Under the pieces are notes generated by a model. The model had not been told where the DNA came from, made no database searches, and saw nothing but the letters and a program-made list of their open reading frames with translations. From contig QCQM01000001.1 in NCBI GenBank assembly GCA_003212195.1, positions 42,378 through 106,377 of the forward strand: 64,000 bases of DNA. Reading direction: 5' to 3'. Shown here piece after piece: positions 33,693 through 43,767 of this stretch. The first letter of the stretch is position 1; each line of letters opens with the position of its first letter. The translations under genes and the position numbers were made by a program. Source of the stretch: Prochlorococcus sp. AG-449-O05 (lineage in GTDB: Bacteria; Cyanobacteriota; Cyanobacteriia; PCC-6307; Cyanobiaceae).

Positions 33693-34802
33693 ATGAAAAC
33701 TTATGAGCAAGTTTTAGAAAAAGTAGAACTTGCTTTAGCTAAAGGTGAGTATCATTATTGCATTGAATTTCTTTTGCCCATAATCGAATCATTTCCTTTA
33801 TCAAGCAAAGAGGGAGTAAATTTAAGAACAATCTTAATTACTGCTCTATGTGGTGTCAATAAAAGGGAGGAGGCTAAAAGGTTTTGTAAAGAACTTCTAA
33901 AATCTTACGATAATCAGACAAGAGAAAATGCAAAATATTTGATGGAAGTTATAGACTCTCCCGAGATTAAAAAGCCAGAAAATTGGAACTTACAGTTTGA
34001 AAGCGACCCATCACTAAATAAAAAATCTCTTAACTCACTGCGCAAAAAAAGAGAAGTATTGAAGAAAAAAAAATTTATTAATGTAACTGATACACCAACT
34101 GGTGAAACGAAACCCTTTCAGAAAGGGTTTTCACTGATCATTTTTTTAATACTATTATTATTAATTCCACTTTTAAGTGGCTGCGTAAAAATTGAGGATA
34201 CCCTTGATCTTAGTGAACTTGATTCAATAACTAATAATCTAGTGATAGAGAGTAAATACATAAAGAAATTTCCTTGGCAATTAAAATTTGAAGAGAAGAT
34301 GAAAGATATTTTTCCTGACGCAGAAATTGAACAAGACAAATCAACCTTTTCTTTGAAACATAAAAATCTCAATTTAGAGGATACAAAGCATGTTCTTAAA
34401 ATTACCCAAAATACAGCTGGAGAGTTAGCGGGAGAATCAACAAATATAGAAATTAATACTACTCAAAAAAACTTCATTTTTTTTAAAAAATACTTTTACA
34501 GGTTAGATTTGGATCTAAATTCTATTAAAGGCATTGATAATTTAGAACTCATTTTCAAAATTATTCACCCTAATAAAGCTATCCTTACCGATAAAAATAA
34601 TTCAAATTTAGAAATCACAAAAAATCTAATAATTTGGGATTTAAATCAAGGGCAGATAAATAGTCTTGAATTTTCTTTCTGGAGCCTCAACAAACTCTTG
34701 ATTGGGATATCTATTATTTTAATAATTATAATATTGGCTTATTTATTAAGATTCTATAGATTTAAATTAGGTTCAGATTTACCTCAACTTCCATCAAAGT
34801 AA
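33693..34802 (+). CDS. DUF3153-like membrane protein with N-terminal helical-repeat region
   Basis: TPR-like N-terminus, internal TM ending LLSGCV and C-terminal TM. Confidence 0.7.
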   Translation: MKTYEQVLEKVELALAKGEYHYCIEFLLPIIESFPLSSKEGVNLRTILITALCGVNKREEAKRFCKELLKSYDNQTRENAKYLMEVIDSPEIKKPENWNLQFESDPSLNKKSLNSLRKKREVLKKKKFINVTDTPTGETKPFQKGFSLIIFLILLLLIPLLSGCVKIEDTLDLSELDSITNNLVIESKYIKKFPWQLKFEEKMKDIFPDAEIEQDKSTFSLKHKNLNLEDTKHVLKITQNTAGELAGESTNIEINTTQKNFIFFKKYFYRLDLDLNSIKGIDNLELIFKIIHPNKAILTDKNNSNLEITKNLIIWDLNQGQINSLEFSFWSLNKLLIGISIILIIIILAYLLRFYRFKLGSDLPQLPSK

Positions 34803-37079
34803 TTACAACTCTGCTGGATTAACATCTATTGTTAAAAAAACATTTTTTGGAATAAGTTTCCATAATATTGATCTATCAGGTAAAGGTATCTTTGTTCCTT
34901 CAGGGCCATGTATTAATATCTGCCATCTAAATTTTTTACCGACTTTAGCTATTAAACTAGGGGCAGGACCAATTAATTTCCAGTTCTTTTTCTCACAAAA
35001 ACTGAGTAGATATTTTGCTAATTTTATTGCAATTGACTCAGTTAATTCATAATTTTCACCTGATAATTTAAGTAGGCAAATTGTGCAAAATGGAAATAAA
35101 TTAGCATCCTTTCTCAATCTCGAGTTTTCAATTAAGAATCTTTCATAATCTCTTTTTTGAAGATACGAAATCACCGGGTGGTTAGGTTTATATGTTTGAA
35201 AAATTACTTTCCCTTTTTTTTGTGCCCTGCCGGCCCTTCCTGCTACTTGCAAAAATAATTGTAATGATTTTTCTTCTGCTGAAATATCTGGGCGATGAAG
35301 CAACCCATCTGCGGCAATAACTACTGAAAGTGTAATATTGGGGATGTCAATACCTTTTGCCAACATCTGAGTACCGACAAGAATATCAGCATCACCTTTA
35401 GAAAACTTTGAAAGAATATCTCTATGACCATCCTTTCCTGAAGTTGTATCTCTATCAAAGCGAAGTACTCTTAAGTCAGGAAATTCTTCATTTAAAAACT
35501 CTATTACCCTTTGCGTACCAATTCCAAAAGGTTTGAAAGCAGTTGAATGACAATCTGGGCAACGATTGATCAATCTTGATTTATGATCACACCAATGACA
35601 CCTTAACCATTTTTTTCCTTGTGATCCGAGATGAACTGATAAAGGAACATCACAGTTGGGGCAATTAATTAAATATCCGCAATTTCTACAACTTAAAAAT
35701 CCACTATGCCCCCTCCTGGGGATCAAAATTATTGCTTGCTCTTTTTTTAAGCGTAGTTGAGGAAGCAATTGTAATAATTCATTGGAAAAAATTTTCATAT
35801 TTCCCTTCTTGAACTCATCCCGCATATCAATAATTTTTATTTCAGGAGTCTCATTACTGGATATCCTTTGAATCATTCTTACCAATTTAAAATTCCTTTC
35901 AAAAACGCACTTTTTCCAAGTCTTCATTGATGGGGTTGCACTCCCAAAAATTAACTTTGCAGAATTCCTTTTTACTATTTCAATAGCAATCTCTCTCGCG
36001 TCATAGCAAGGCATAGGACTATCTTGCTTATAAGAAACATCATGTTCTTCATCTATTATTATTAATCCCAGATTTCTGATTGGAAGAAAAACTGCCGACC
36101 TTGTACCTATTACTATTAAAGGTTCATTAGCATTAATAATTTTCTTCCAAACTAAAGTTCTATGATCGGGAGAACAATTACTATGATATTCGTAAACGAC
36201 ATTATTAAATCGCCTACTAAACCTATCAATAAGTTGAGGAATTAATCCAATTTCTGGGGCTAGTATCAAACAACTTTTTTTCTTAAGAAATTGATCTTCA
36301 GCAATTCTCATATACACTTCTGTTTTCCCTGAACCTGTTTCGCCCCAAAGAAGTAATGCATCTCCTGGTTTCATTATTTGAAATTTTTGAAATGCAATTT
36401 TTTGCTCATTTGTAAGATTTGGTTTTTTCGTTGCGATATGATCTTTTACAAAGGAATTTAATTTACTATTTATATTTTTTTTTCTTTTAGATTTAGCAAG
36501 ATAATTTTTACAGACCATTGAGTTGATTAGAGTGTAATTAAAACCAGACTTTATTAATTCACTTTGCCAATTACCTTTTTTAGATAAAGTATCCATTAAA
36601 AAAAATTCTTTTTTGGTTAATCCATCTTTCTTAATATCAAATTCTTTTTTAGTTTCAATCCATATTTGATCTTTTAAACCTTTAGAGAAATTTTTATATT
36701 TACCAATCCAGCCAGGAGGAAATGCAGTTTTAAACATTTTTAAATTACTAACCATATAAAAAGAGGCTAAGGAGTCTATCAATTCTCTCCAAGATTCATC
36801 AATTATTTTTTTCTGCAAAATACTTTCAACAAACAAATATCTTATGCTTTTTCCTCCAGTAATATTTGATTCATAATTATTGATTGTCGAAAAGTCTTTT
36901 TTGGAGATCACCAACCCATTCAATAATCTCCCCCTAAGTCTCACACTTACAATATCTCCAACTTCTGCTCCAAGATTATTTCCATCTAAATAGTAAAAGC
37001 TTTCATTACTACTACCTATATCAAGTAAAATTTCCAATTTATAGGAGATATTTAATAACTGATTACTTGCCGGCTTCAA
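34803..37079 (-). CDS. priA: Primosomal protein N'
   Basis: GETGSGKTEVY, DEEH, GSATP, CxxC zinc cluster and QVAGRAGR. Confidence 0.95.
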   Translation of the reverse strand: MKPASNQLLNISYKLEILLDIGSSNESFYYLDGNNLGAEVGDIVSVRLRGRLLNGLVISKKDFSTINNYESNITGGKSIRYLFVESILQKKIIDESWRELIDSLASFYMVSNLKMFKTAFPPGWIGKYKNFSKGLKDQIWIETKKEFDIKKDGLTKKEFFLMDTLSKKGNWQSELIKSGFNYTLINSMVCKNYLAKSKRKKNINSKLNSFVKDHIATKKPNLTNEQKIAFQKFQIMKPGDALLLWGETGSGKTEVYMRIAEDQFLKKKSCLILAPEIGLIPQLIDRFSRRFNNVVYEYHSNCSPDHRTLVWKKIINANEPLIVIGTRSAVFLPIRNLGLIIIDEEHDVSYKQDSPMPCYDAREIAIEIVKRNSAKLIFGSATPSMKTWKKCVFERNFKLVRMIQRISSNETPEIKIIDMRDEFKKGNMKIFSNELLQLLPQLRLKKEQAIILIPRRGHSGFLSCRNCGYLINCPNCDVPLSVHLGSQGKKWLRCHWCDHKSRLINRCPDCHSTAFKPFGIGTQRVIEFLNEEFPDLRVLRFDRDTTSGKDGHRDILSKFSKGDADILVGTQMLAKGIDIPNITLSVVIAADGLLHRPDISAEEKSLQLFLQVAGRAGRAQKKGKVIFQTYKPNHPVISYLQKRDYERFLIENSRLRKDANLFPFCTICLLKLSGENYELTESIAIKLAKYLLSFCEKKNWKLIGPAPSLIAKVGKKFRWQILIHGPEGTKIPLPDRSILWKLIPKNVFLTIDVNPAEL

Positions 37080-37388
37080 AACTTTTTCTTAGTATTGGAT
37101 TGTTGAACATTCCACAAAGTGTTTTTTGCACATTGTAAGTATCCTGCTCTTAAGGGAGACATGAAGCTCTGATCATTGACTGAAAATTCAAAAATGATCT
37201 GCCTGTCTGAGAAATCCTAAGACTTTTTACTTAAGGTAATCTATAGCACTATTTAAATTTTTCAACAATTTAAAAAACTTTTCTTATTCTCATTTTGTAA
37301 AAAAGTTTTTTAAACATTAAGGGGACTTTACTACTAAATGTTCAAATTAGCCCTAAATAAAATTTTATCTAGTTAAATTCACCGTAGA

Positions 37389-37394
37389 AAGGAG
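37389..37394 (+). promoter_or_regulatory. Shine-Dalgarno site of rpoD
   Basis: AAGGAG 6 nt upstream of ATG 37401. Confidence 0.65.
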
Positions 37395-37400
37395 TTAATT

Positions 37401-38585
37401 ATGTGTCCAGTCGCAGCAGAATCAAAGAATTCCAAGCCTAGTTCAAAAAAAAAGATCAATAAAAAAATTAATGCAAATTTAGAAACAGTAGTTAAAGAAG
37501 ATATTAATAAAAATAATCAAACTTTACAGACATCTGCTGAGTTAAACGAAAGCAATATTGAAAATAACAATAATGAATTTAGTGATTCTGAAGAAGAGGA
37601 TAAAGGGCTCGGTAATATAAAACTTGGGCCAAAAGGTATCTACACTGAAGATTCAATAAGAGTTTATCTCCAAGAAATTGGAAGAATTAGACTTTTAAGA
37701 CCAGATGAAGAAATTGAGCTTGCAAGAAAAATTGCTGACTTACTCCAATTAGAAGAACTAGCAACCCAATATGAGTCAGAAAAAGGACATTTCCCATCTG
37801 TAAGAGAATGGGCCGAGTTAATAGATATGCCTCTTCCCAAATTTAGAAGAAGACTTCTCTTGGGGCGGAGAGCTAAAGAAAAAATGGTTCAATCAAATTT
37901 AAGATTAGTTGTTTCCATTGCTAAAAAATATATGAATAGAGGTTTATCATTTCAAGATTTAATCCAAGAAGGAAGTTTGGGTCTAATTAGGGCAGCGGAA
38001 AAATTCGACCATGAAAAAGGTTATAAGTTCTCTACATATGCAACTTGGTGGATTCGCCAAGCCATTACAAGAGCAATTGCGGATCAAAGTAGAACTATTA
38101 GATTGCCAGTTCACTTATACGAGACAATATCCAGAATTAAAAAAACCACAAAAGTTCTTAGCCAAGAATTTGGCAGGAAACCTAGTGAAGAAGAAATCGC
38201 TGAGAGTATGGAAATGACAATCGAAAAATTAAGATTTATAGCTAAAAGTGCGCAACTGCCTATTTCTTTAGAAACTCCAATAGGGAAAGAAGAAGACTCA
38301 AGACTAGGAGACTTTATAGAGGCTGATATAGAAAATCCAGAGCAAGATGTTTCTAAAACTTTACTAAGAGAAGATTTGGAAGGAGTATTAGCCACTCTTA
38401 GTCCAAGAGAAAGAGATGTTCTCAGATTGAGATATGGAATTGATGATGGGAGAATGAAAACTCTTGAAGAAATTGGTCAGATTTTTGATGTGACGAGAGA
38501 AAGAATTAGACAAATAGAGGCAAAAGCCCTAAGAAAACTTAGACATCCAAATCGAAATGGGGTTTTAAAAGAATATATAAAATAA
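37401..38585 (+). CDS. rpoD: Principal RNA polymerase sigma factor SigA/RpoD
   Basis: [44 protein letters not shown] and [13 protein letters not shown]. Confidence 0.96.
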   Translation: MCPVAAESKNSKPSSKKKINKKINANLETVVKEDINKNNQTLQTSAELNESNIENNNNEFSDSEEEDKGLGNIKLGPKGIYTEDSIRVYLQEIGRIRLLRPDEEIELARKIADLLQLEELATQYESEKGHFPSVREWAELIDMPLPKFRRRLLLGRRAKEKMVQSNLRLVVSIAKKYMNRGLSFQDLIQEGSLGLIRAAEKFDHEKGYKFSTYATWWIRQAITRAIADQSRTIRLPVHLYETISRIKKTTKVLSQEFGRKPSEEEIAESMEMTIEKLRFIAKSAQLPISLETPIGKEEDSRLGDFIEADIENPEQDVSKTLLREDLEGVLATLSPRERDVLRLRYGIDDGRMKTLEEIGQIFDVTRERIRQIEAKALRKLRHPNRNGVLKEYIK

Positions 38586-38681
38586 AAAAAGTTAAGTATA
38601 ATAATTACCTTTAAAAACTGGCAAAATAATAGCTTAAAATAAATTCGACTTAATTTTAATACAAACTCAGAATAATATTTA

Positions 38682-39632
38682 ATGACTAATTTTAAGCTAA
38701 AAATAGCTAGTAGAAGAAGTAAGCTAGCAATGGTTCAAACTTTATGGGTTAAAGATCAACTAGAAAGGAATATTCCCAATTTAGAGGTATCTATAGAAGC
38801 TATGGCAACTCAAGGTGACAAAATCCTTGATGTAGCCTTAGCAAAAATAGGAGACAAAGGCTTATTTACAAAAGAACTTGAAGCACAAATGCTCGTAGGA
38901 CATGCAGATATAGCAGTACATTCTCTAAAAGATTTACCAACCAACTTGCCTAATGGCCTTAAATTAGGATGCATTACAAAAAGGGAGGATCCTGCAGATG
39001 CTTTAGTAGTAAACAAAAAAAATGACTGTTATAAATTAGAAAACTTACCTGAAGGTTCGATTGTTGGAACAAGCTCTCTAAGAAGACTTGCACAATTAAG
39101 AAATAAGTACCCACATCTTGTTTTCAAAGATATCAGGGGAAATGTTATTACAAGAATTGAAAAATTAGATGCAGGAGAATTTGATTGTATAATTCTTGCG
39201 GCCGCTGGCTTAAAGAGATTAGGCTTTGAATCAAGAATTCACCAGATTATCCCAAGTGAAGTTTCCCTTCATGCCGTTGGCCAAGGAGCACTAGGCATTG
39301 AATGTAAATCTGATGATAAAAAAGTTTTAGAAATCATAAATATCTTAGAAGATAAACCCACTAGTCAAAGATGTCTAGCAGAAAGGGCTTTTTTAAGAGA
39401 GCTTGAGGGTGGATGCCAAGTCCCAATAGGTGTGAATAGTAAAATTCAGAATGAACAACTTTGCCTTACTGGTATGGTTGCATCTCTTGATGGAGAAAGA
39501 CTTATTAAAGATCAATGTATTGGCAATATTAATGATCCCGAAGAAGTAGGCAAAGAACTAGCTAAAAAATTAAAGCAGCAAGGTGCCGAAGAAATACTAA
39601 GCGAAATATTTGAAAAATTTAGAGAAAAATAA
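38682..39632 (+). CDS. hemC: Hydroxymethylbilane synthase (porphobilinogen deaminase)
   Basis: [30 protein letters not shown] and LEGGCQVP. Confidence 0.97.
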   Translation: MTNFKLKIASRRSKLAMVQTLWVKDQLERNIPNLEVSIEAMATQGDKILDVALAKIGDKGLFTKELEAQMLVGHADIAVHSLKDLPTNLPNGLKLGCITKREDPADALVVNKKNDCYKLENLPEGSIVGTSSLRRLAQLRNKYPHLVFKDIRGNVITRIEKLDAGEFDCIILAAAGLKRLGFESRIHQIIPSEVSLHAVGQGALGIECKSDDKKVLEIINILEDKPTSQRCLAERAFLRELEGGCQVPIGVNSKIQNEQLCLTGMVASLDGERLIKDQCIGNINDPEEVGKELAKKLKQQGAEEILSEIFEKFREK

Positions 39633-39638
39633 AATTAG

Positions 39639-40226
39639 TTAATTTACTAATTTAGGATCAATTTCTTTTTTGTATCTCTCTTCACAATCTTTAATCACTT
39701 TAACAGCCTCTTCTATCCCAAAAAAACCATTGACAGTACATGTTCCTGGTTTTTTTAGATCCTTATAGTGCTCCCAATAATACTTTGTTTCTTTTAACCA
39801 ATGATCTCCAAGGTCTTCATAACTTGAGATATGATCCATTCTTTTATCGTCTGCGAGAACCGCTATTACCTTATCATCGACCTCTCCACCATCATCAAAT
39901 TTCATCACCCCAATAATCCTTGATTCCACAATAGATCCTGGTATCAATGGCTCAGTTACCCCAACAATTTCCACATCAAGCGGATCTCCATCTTCATCCC
40001 ATGTCCTTGGAATACATCCATAAGCAAAAGGATACGCAAGTGATGAATAACCTACCCTATCAAGTTTAAGATGGCCCGTTTCTGTAATTAATTCATATTT
40101 ATTTATGGTATTAGAGTTCAATTCAACAATAGAGTTTATTATTGAATTTGAGCTGTCAGTGAAAGCATTTAGTATGTGCAATAAATTTGGGGTAACCCTG
40201 CTTGGGGGCTGATTTAGATTTGCCAT
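39639..40226 (-). CDS. ppa: Family I inorganic pyrophosphatase with canonical active site
   Basis: NKYE, LDR, YPFAYG, DGDPLD, DDGGEVDDK and HYKDL. ATG 40226 preferred; TTG 40229 is an alternative. Confidence 0.92.
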   Translation of the reverse strand: MANLNQPPSRVTPNLLHILNAFTDSSNSIINSIVELNSNTINKYELITETGHLKLDRVGYSSLAYPFAYGCIPRTWDEDGDPLDVEIVGVTEPLIPGSIVESRIIGVMKFDDGGEVDDKVIAVLADDKRMDHISSYEDLGDHWLKETKYYWEHYKDLKKPGTCTVNGFFGIEEAVKVIKDCEERYKKEIDPKLVN

Positions 40227-40289
40227 CAAGAAATTATTTTTGTTTATCTTACATCCTCACACCTAACCAAATTCTTTAAAAGTAATGTT

Positions 40290-41795
40290 TCAGCAAAAAT
40301 CATTTATTTTAGACCTTAAATGATTAATAAAATAGTTTGGCGATAGTTCTTCATTAGTTACAGCTCTTACCAACTCCATACAGTTAACTGATCTGCCATA
40401 TTTATGTATATTATTTTTTAACCAAAAGATGATCTTTTGATATTCATCATTTTCAATTAAATTGTCAATCAAACCTATGTCTCTTTCCATTTGAGAAGAT
40501 ATTTGCGCACTTATAACATGTCCTAACAAATATGAGGGGAAATATCCAAACGCCCCTTCACTCCAATGAACATCTTGAAGACAACCTTCTGAATCATTAG
40601 ATGGTTTAATTCCTAGTAGTTCATCATATCTTTTATTCCATTCTGTTGGAATATCTTCAGCAGGTAACCCTCTTTCAATTAAATCTATTTCAAGTTCGGT
40701 TCTTATTAATATGTGTAAGCCATAAGTCAATTCATCCGCTTCAACCCTATTTAATCCTGCTTCCAAATGATTAATAGATTTCCATAGTTCCAAATAATTA
40801 TTAAGAGAACATCCAGCCGAAACAAATTTGTTAAAAAATCTTTTTGAAAAAGATTTGGATTTAACTATTCTATTTTCCCAAAATAGAGATTGACTTTCAT
40901 GAATACCCATAGAGGTTGCTTGACCTAAAGGCCAAGCAAACCATTGATGACTTTGAGATGGCAAACCCTGCTCATAAATAGAATGCCCCCACTCATGCGC
41001 AGTTGCTAAAAAACTTGATAATGGTTCACCTTCAACAATTCTTGTCGTAATCCTGTAATCATTAGGCCCTAATGTAATCGAAAAAGGATGGGGAGATTTA
41101 CCAACAACAACTAGATCTTTATCTCTCCCAAACTCATCAAGTAATTGAGAACATAAATTATGTTGAGATTCTGGACTCAAATCCCAGTGATATTTCTTAG
41201 ATTTATTAATCCCTTTAATAAACTCTGGGAGAGTATCTTTCAAAGGCTGAAACATTTTATTCAGCCACTTTAAAGTTAATTCAGGCTCAAAGGGTTGGGC
41301 TAAAGTTTCCCATGGTGAATATTGATCTGATATTTGTTTTGCCTCTTCAATCCGCAATTTAACTAATTCTTCAAAGAAAGGAAGAAAAATTTTAAAATCT
41401 GATTTTTCCTTAGCTTCTTGCCAGCTTCCATACCCTTTAGATTTTGCCTTTGCTAGAGACTCAACTAATTTAGGATCTAAATTTCTTTCTCTATTAAATT
41501 CCTTCAATAAAAGACTAATATTTCTTTCTTTATCTTTTATGAAAAGTTGATTATCGGAATTTCGTTCAATATCTGCTAGTTCATTTTTAGCAGATTGTAT
41601 TAAATTAGAAAATTCCTCGGAAGAATTTCTTTCATGCAATACTTTTGCAATATAAGTAAGTTGTTCAGACCTCCAAGAAGCACCTTTCTTTGGCATTCCA
41701 GTATTCTGATCCCAATAAAGTGTATTTTGGATTGAACCTAATATTTGTGTTTCTTTAAGGTAAGCACCCAGATTATTCCAATGAGTTTCAGCCAA
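40290..41795 (-). CDS. Carboxypeptidase Taq (M32 family)
   Basis: WDQNTGMP, HPF, HEWGH, HESQS, RVEADE, QDVHW and GYFPSY. Confidence 0.94.
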   Translation of the reverse strand: MAETHWNNLGAYLKETQILGSIQNTLYWDQNTGMPKKGASWRSEQLTYIAKVLHERNSSEEFSNLIQSAKNELADIERNSDNQLFIKDKERNISLLLKEFNRERNLDPKLVESLAKAKSKGYGSWQEAKEKSDFKIFLPFFEELVKLRIEEAKQISDQYSPWETLAQPFEPELTLKWLNKMFQPLKDTLPEFIKGINKSKKYHWDLSPESQHNLCSQLLDEFGRDKDLVVVGKSPHPFSITLGPNDYRITTRIVEGEPLSSFLATAHEWGHSIYEQGLPSQSHQWFAWPLGQATSMGIHESQSLFWENRIVKSKSFSKRFFNKFVSAGCSLNNYLELWKSINHLEAGLNRVEADELTYGLHILIRTELEIDLIERGLPAEDIPTEWNKRYDELLGIKPSNDSEGCLQDVHWSEGAFGYFPSYLLGHVISAQISSQMERDIGLIDNLIENDEYQKIIFWLKNNIHKYGRSVNCMELVRAVTNEELSPNYFINHLRSKINDFC

Positions 41796-41903
41796 AGATT
41801 TAAATTGAAATTAAATTTATCTTAAGATAAAAATTTTAATGTCTGCAGTAAAACATGCATCTTTATCCATAATAGGATATTGATTAATTAAGTTTTAACT
41901 TAT

Positions 41904-42359
41904 ATGGAACAAATATTTTCAAAATTAAAATTCAAAACTCATGGCGAGGGTTTTATTGATATCACATATGATTTAAATTTATGTGTTGAAAAAAATAATT
42001 TTCATTCGGGAATTTTAAATTTAACTTCACTTCATACAAGTTGCAGTTTAACTATTAATGAGAACGCAGATCCAAATGTACTGAGGGACCTAAAAAAGTA
42101 TATGCAATCGATAGTTCCCTATGATTCCTACTTAACCTTATCAAAAAATAGAGAAGAAATATCCTATAAACATTATCAAGAAGGGGCTGATGATATGCCA
42201 GCACATATTAAAACATCCCTAACAAACACTTGTTTATCTTTGAGTTTTCAAGACGGGAAAATTATGCTTGGCACATGGCAAGCAGTTTATTTATGGGAAC
42301 ATAGATTTGATCAAAAGGAAAGAATCATTAATGTACATATAATTGGTGAGAAAAAGTAA
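41904..42359 (+). CDS. YjbQ/UPF0047 family protein
   Basis: HTSCSLTINENADP.V, DMPAHIK and LGTWQ. Confidence 0.9.
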   Translation: MEQIFSKLKFKTHGEGFIDITYDLNLCVEKNNFHSGILNLTSLHTSCSLTINENADPNVLRDLKKYMQSIVPYDSYLTLSKNREEISYKHYQEGADDMPAHIKTSLTNTCLSLSFQDGKIMLGTWQAVYLWEHRFDQKERIINVHIIGEKK

Positions 42360-42396
42360 GATATTTATAATGTAATTAAGTCAAATTTATTATTAA

Positions 42397-42687
42397 ATGG
42401 AACCCTACATTTTGCAAGATGAAGAATTGAATGAATTAGTTGTCAAAATACCTGGCTGGGAAATTAAATCTAAACAAATCCAAAGAGAATTTAACTTCGC
42501 TAATTTTATTGAAGCCTTTGCTTTTATGACTAAGGTTGCTTTAATTTGTGAAAAATATAATCATCACCCTAACTGGGAGAATGTATATGCAAAAGTAATA
42601 ATTAAATTAAATACACATGATCTAGGAGGTATTACGAATCTGGATCAAACATTAGCTTCGGAAATCAACAAAATTTTCGATCAATAA
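42397..42687 (+). CDS. phhB: Pterin-4a-carbinolamine dehydratase
   Basis: NHHP and THD.GGIT.LD. Confidence 0.9.
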   Translation: MEPYILQDEELNELVVKIPGWEIKSKQIQREFNFANFIEAFAFMTKVALICEKYNHHPNWENVYAKVIIKLNTHDLGGITNLDQTLASEINKIFDQ

Positions 42688-42716
42688 AAATATAAACTTG
42701 TTTTCAACTATTCAAA

Positions 42717-43742
42717 ATGTCTAAAAATTTATTGCCAGTTACTATTATTAGTGGATTTTTAGGTTCTGGCAAAACTACACTTCTAAATCATATTTTAAAA
42801 AATCAAGTTGGTATTAAAACAGCTGTTTTAGTCAACGAATTTGGAGAAATCGGAATAGATAATGACTTAATAATAGAAGGCTCAGAAGATATGATCGAAT
42901 TAAATAATGGATGTATATGTTGCTCTATCAATGGCGAATTATTAAATACCGTATCCAAAGTTTTAGAAAGAGCTGAAAAATTAGACTATTTGATTGTTGA
43001 AACAACTGGATTAGCAGATCCATTACCAGTAGCTATGACTTTTGCGGCTGGTGATCTTAGAGAAAAAGTAAGATTAGATTCGATAATCACTGTCATTGAT
43101 GGAGAAAATTTTGATTTTGAAATTAATAATACAAGTGTTGCCTATTCTCAAATTTTATACGGAGATATCCTTCTTCTTAATAAATCTGATTTAGTAAATG
43201 AAAAACAATTAAAGAAAATAGAGGAGTTTATAAATAAAATAAAAAAAGAACCAAGGATTTTGAGATCAACTAATAGTGAAGTTGCATTACATACAATAAT
43301 GAGCGTGGGTCTATTTGAGACGGATACTTTTGAATTCGAGAAAAACAAAAAAAATATAGAACAAAATTCCCACGATCACTCTTCGCATTCCCACGATCAC
43401 TCTTCGCATTCCCACGATCACTCTTCGCATTCCCACGATTTGATCAATAATATCGAGGGTTTTACCTCAGTTTCATATGAGACATTTGAACCATTTTCTT
43501 TAAGGAAGTTTCAATATTTCTTAGATAATCAAATCTCAGAAAATGTATTTAGAGCAAAAGGAATTTTATGGTTTATGGAAAGTGAAAGAAAACACATTTT
43601 TCACCTATCTGGAAAGCGGTTTTCTCTAGATGATGAGGAATGGACAAAAGAAAAATCTAACAAGATAGTATTAATTGGGAAAAACTTAGATCACCAAACC
43701 ATTAAAAATCAACTGTCATCATGTAGATTTAATTCAGATTAG
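42717..43742 (+). CDS. COG0523/CobW-family G3E metallochaperone GTPase
   Basis: GFLGSGKTT, VNEFGE, GCICC, ETTGLADP, NKSD, His-rich tract and CobW_C-like FRAKG. Confidence 0.92.
   Translation: MSKNLLPVTIISGFLGSGKTTLLNHILKNQVGIKTAVLVNEFGEIGIDNDLIIEGSEDMIELNNGCICCSINGELLNTVSKVLERAEKLDYLIVETTGLADPLPVAMTFAAGDLREKVRLDSIITVIDGENFDFEINNTSVAYSQILYGDILLLNKSDLVNEKQLKKIEEFINKIKKEPRILRSTNSEVALHTIMSVGLFETDTFEFEKNKKNIEQNSHDHSSHSHDHSSHSHDHSSHSHDLINNIEGFTSVSYETFEPFSLRKFQYFLDNQISENVFRAKGILWFMESERKHIFHLSGKRFSLDDEEWTKEKSNKIVLIGKNLDHQTIKNQLSSCRFNSD
43366..43439 (+). repeat. Perfect 21-bp tandem repeat x3.5 encoding SHDHSSH
   Basis: ATTCCCACGATCACTCTTCGC at 43366, 43387 and 43408, plus 11-bp partial at 43429. 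Confidence 0.95.
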
Positions 43743-43767
43743 AGTTCATATTAGGATTAATTAATTT

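Noticed and set aside
37236-37249. GTA-N8-CAC as an NtcA box upstream of rpoD
   Set aside because: It mismatches the GTA-N8-TAC consensus, and such short motifs occur often by chance
43366-43439. Repeat considered as a CRISPR array
   Set aside because: Units are contiguous with no spacers, lie in frame in a CDS, and there are no cas genes
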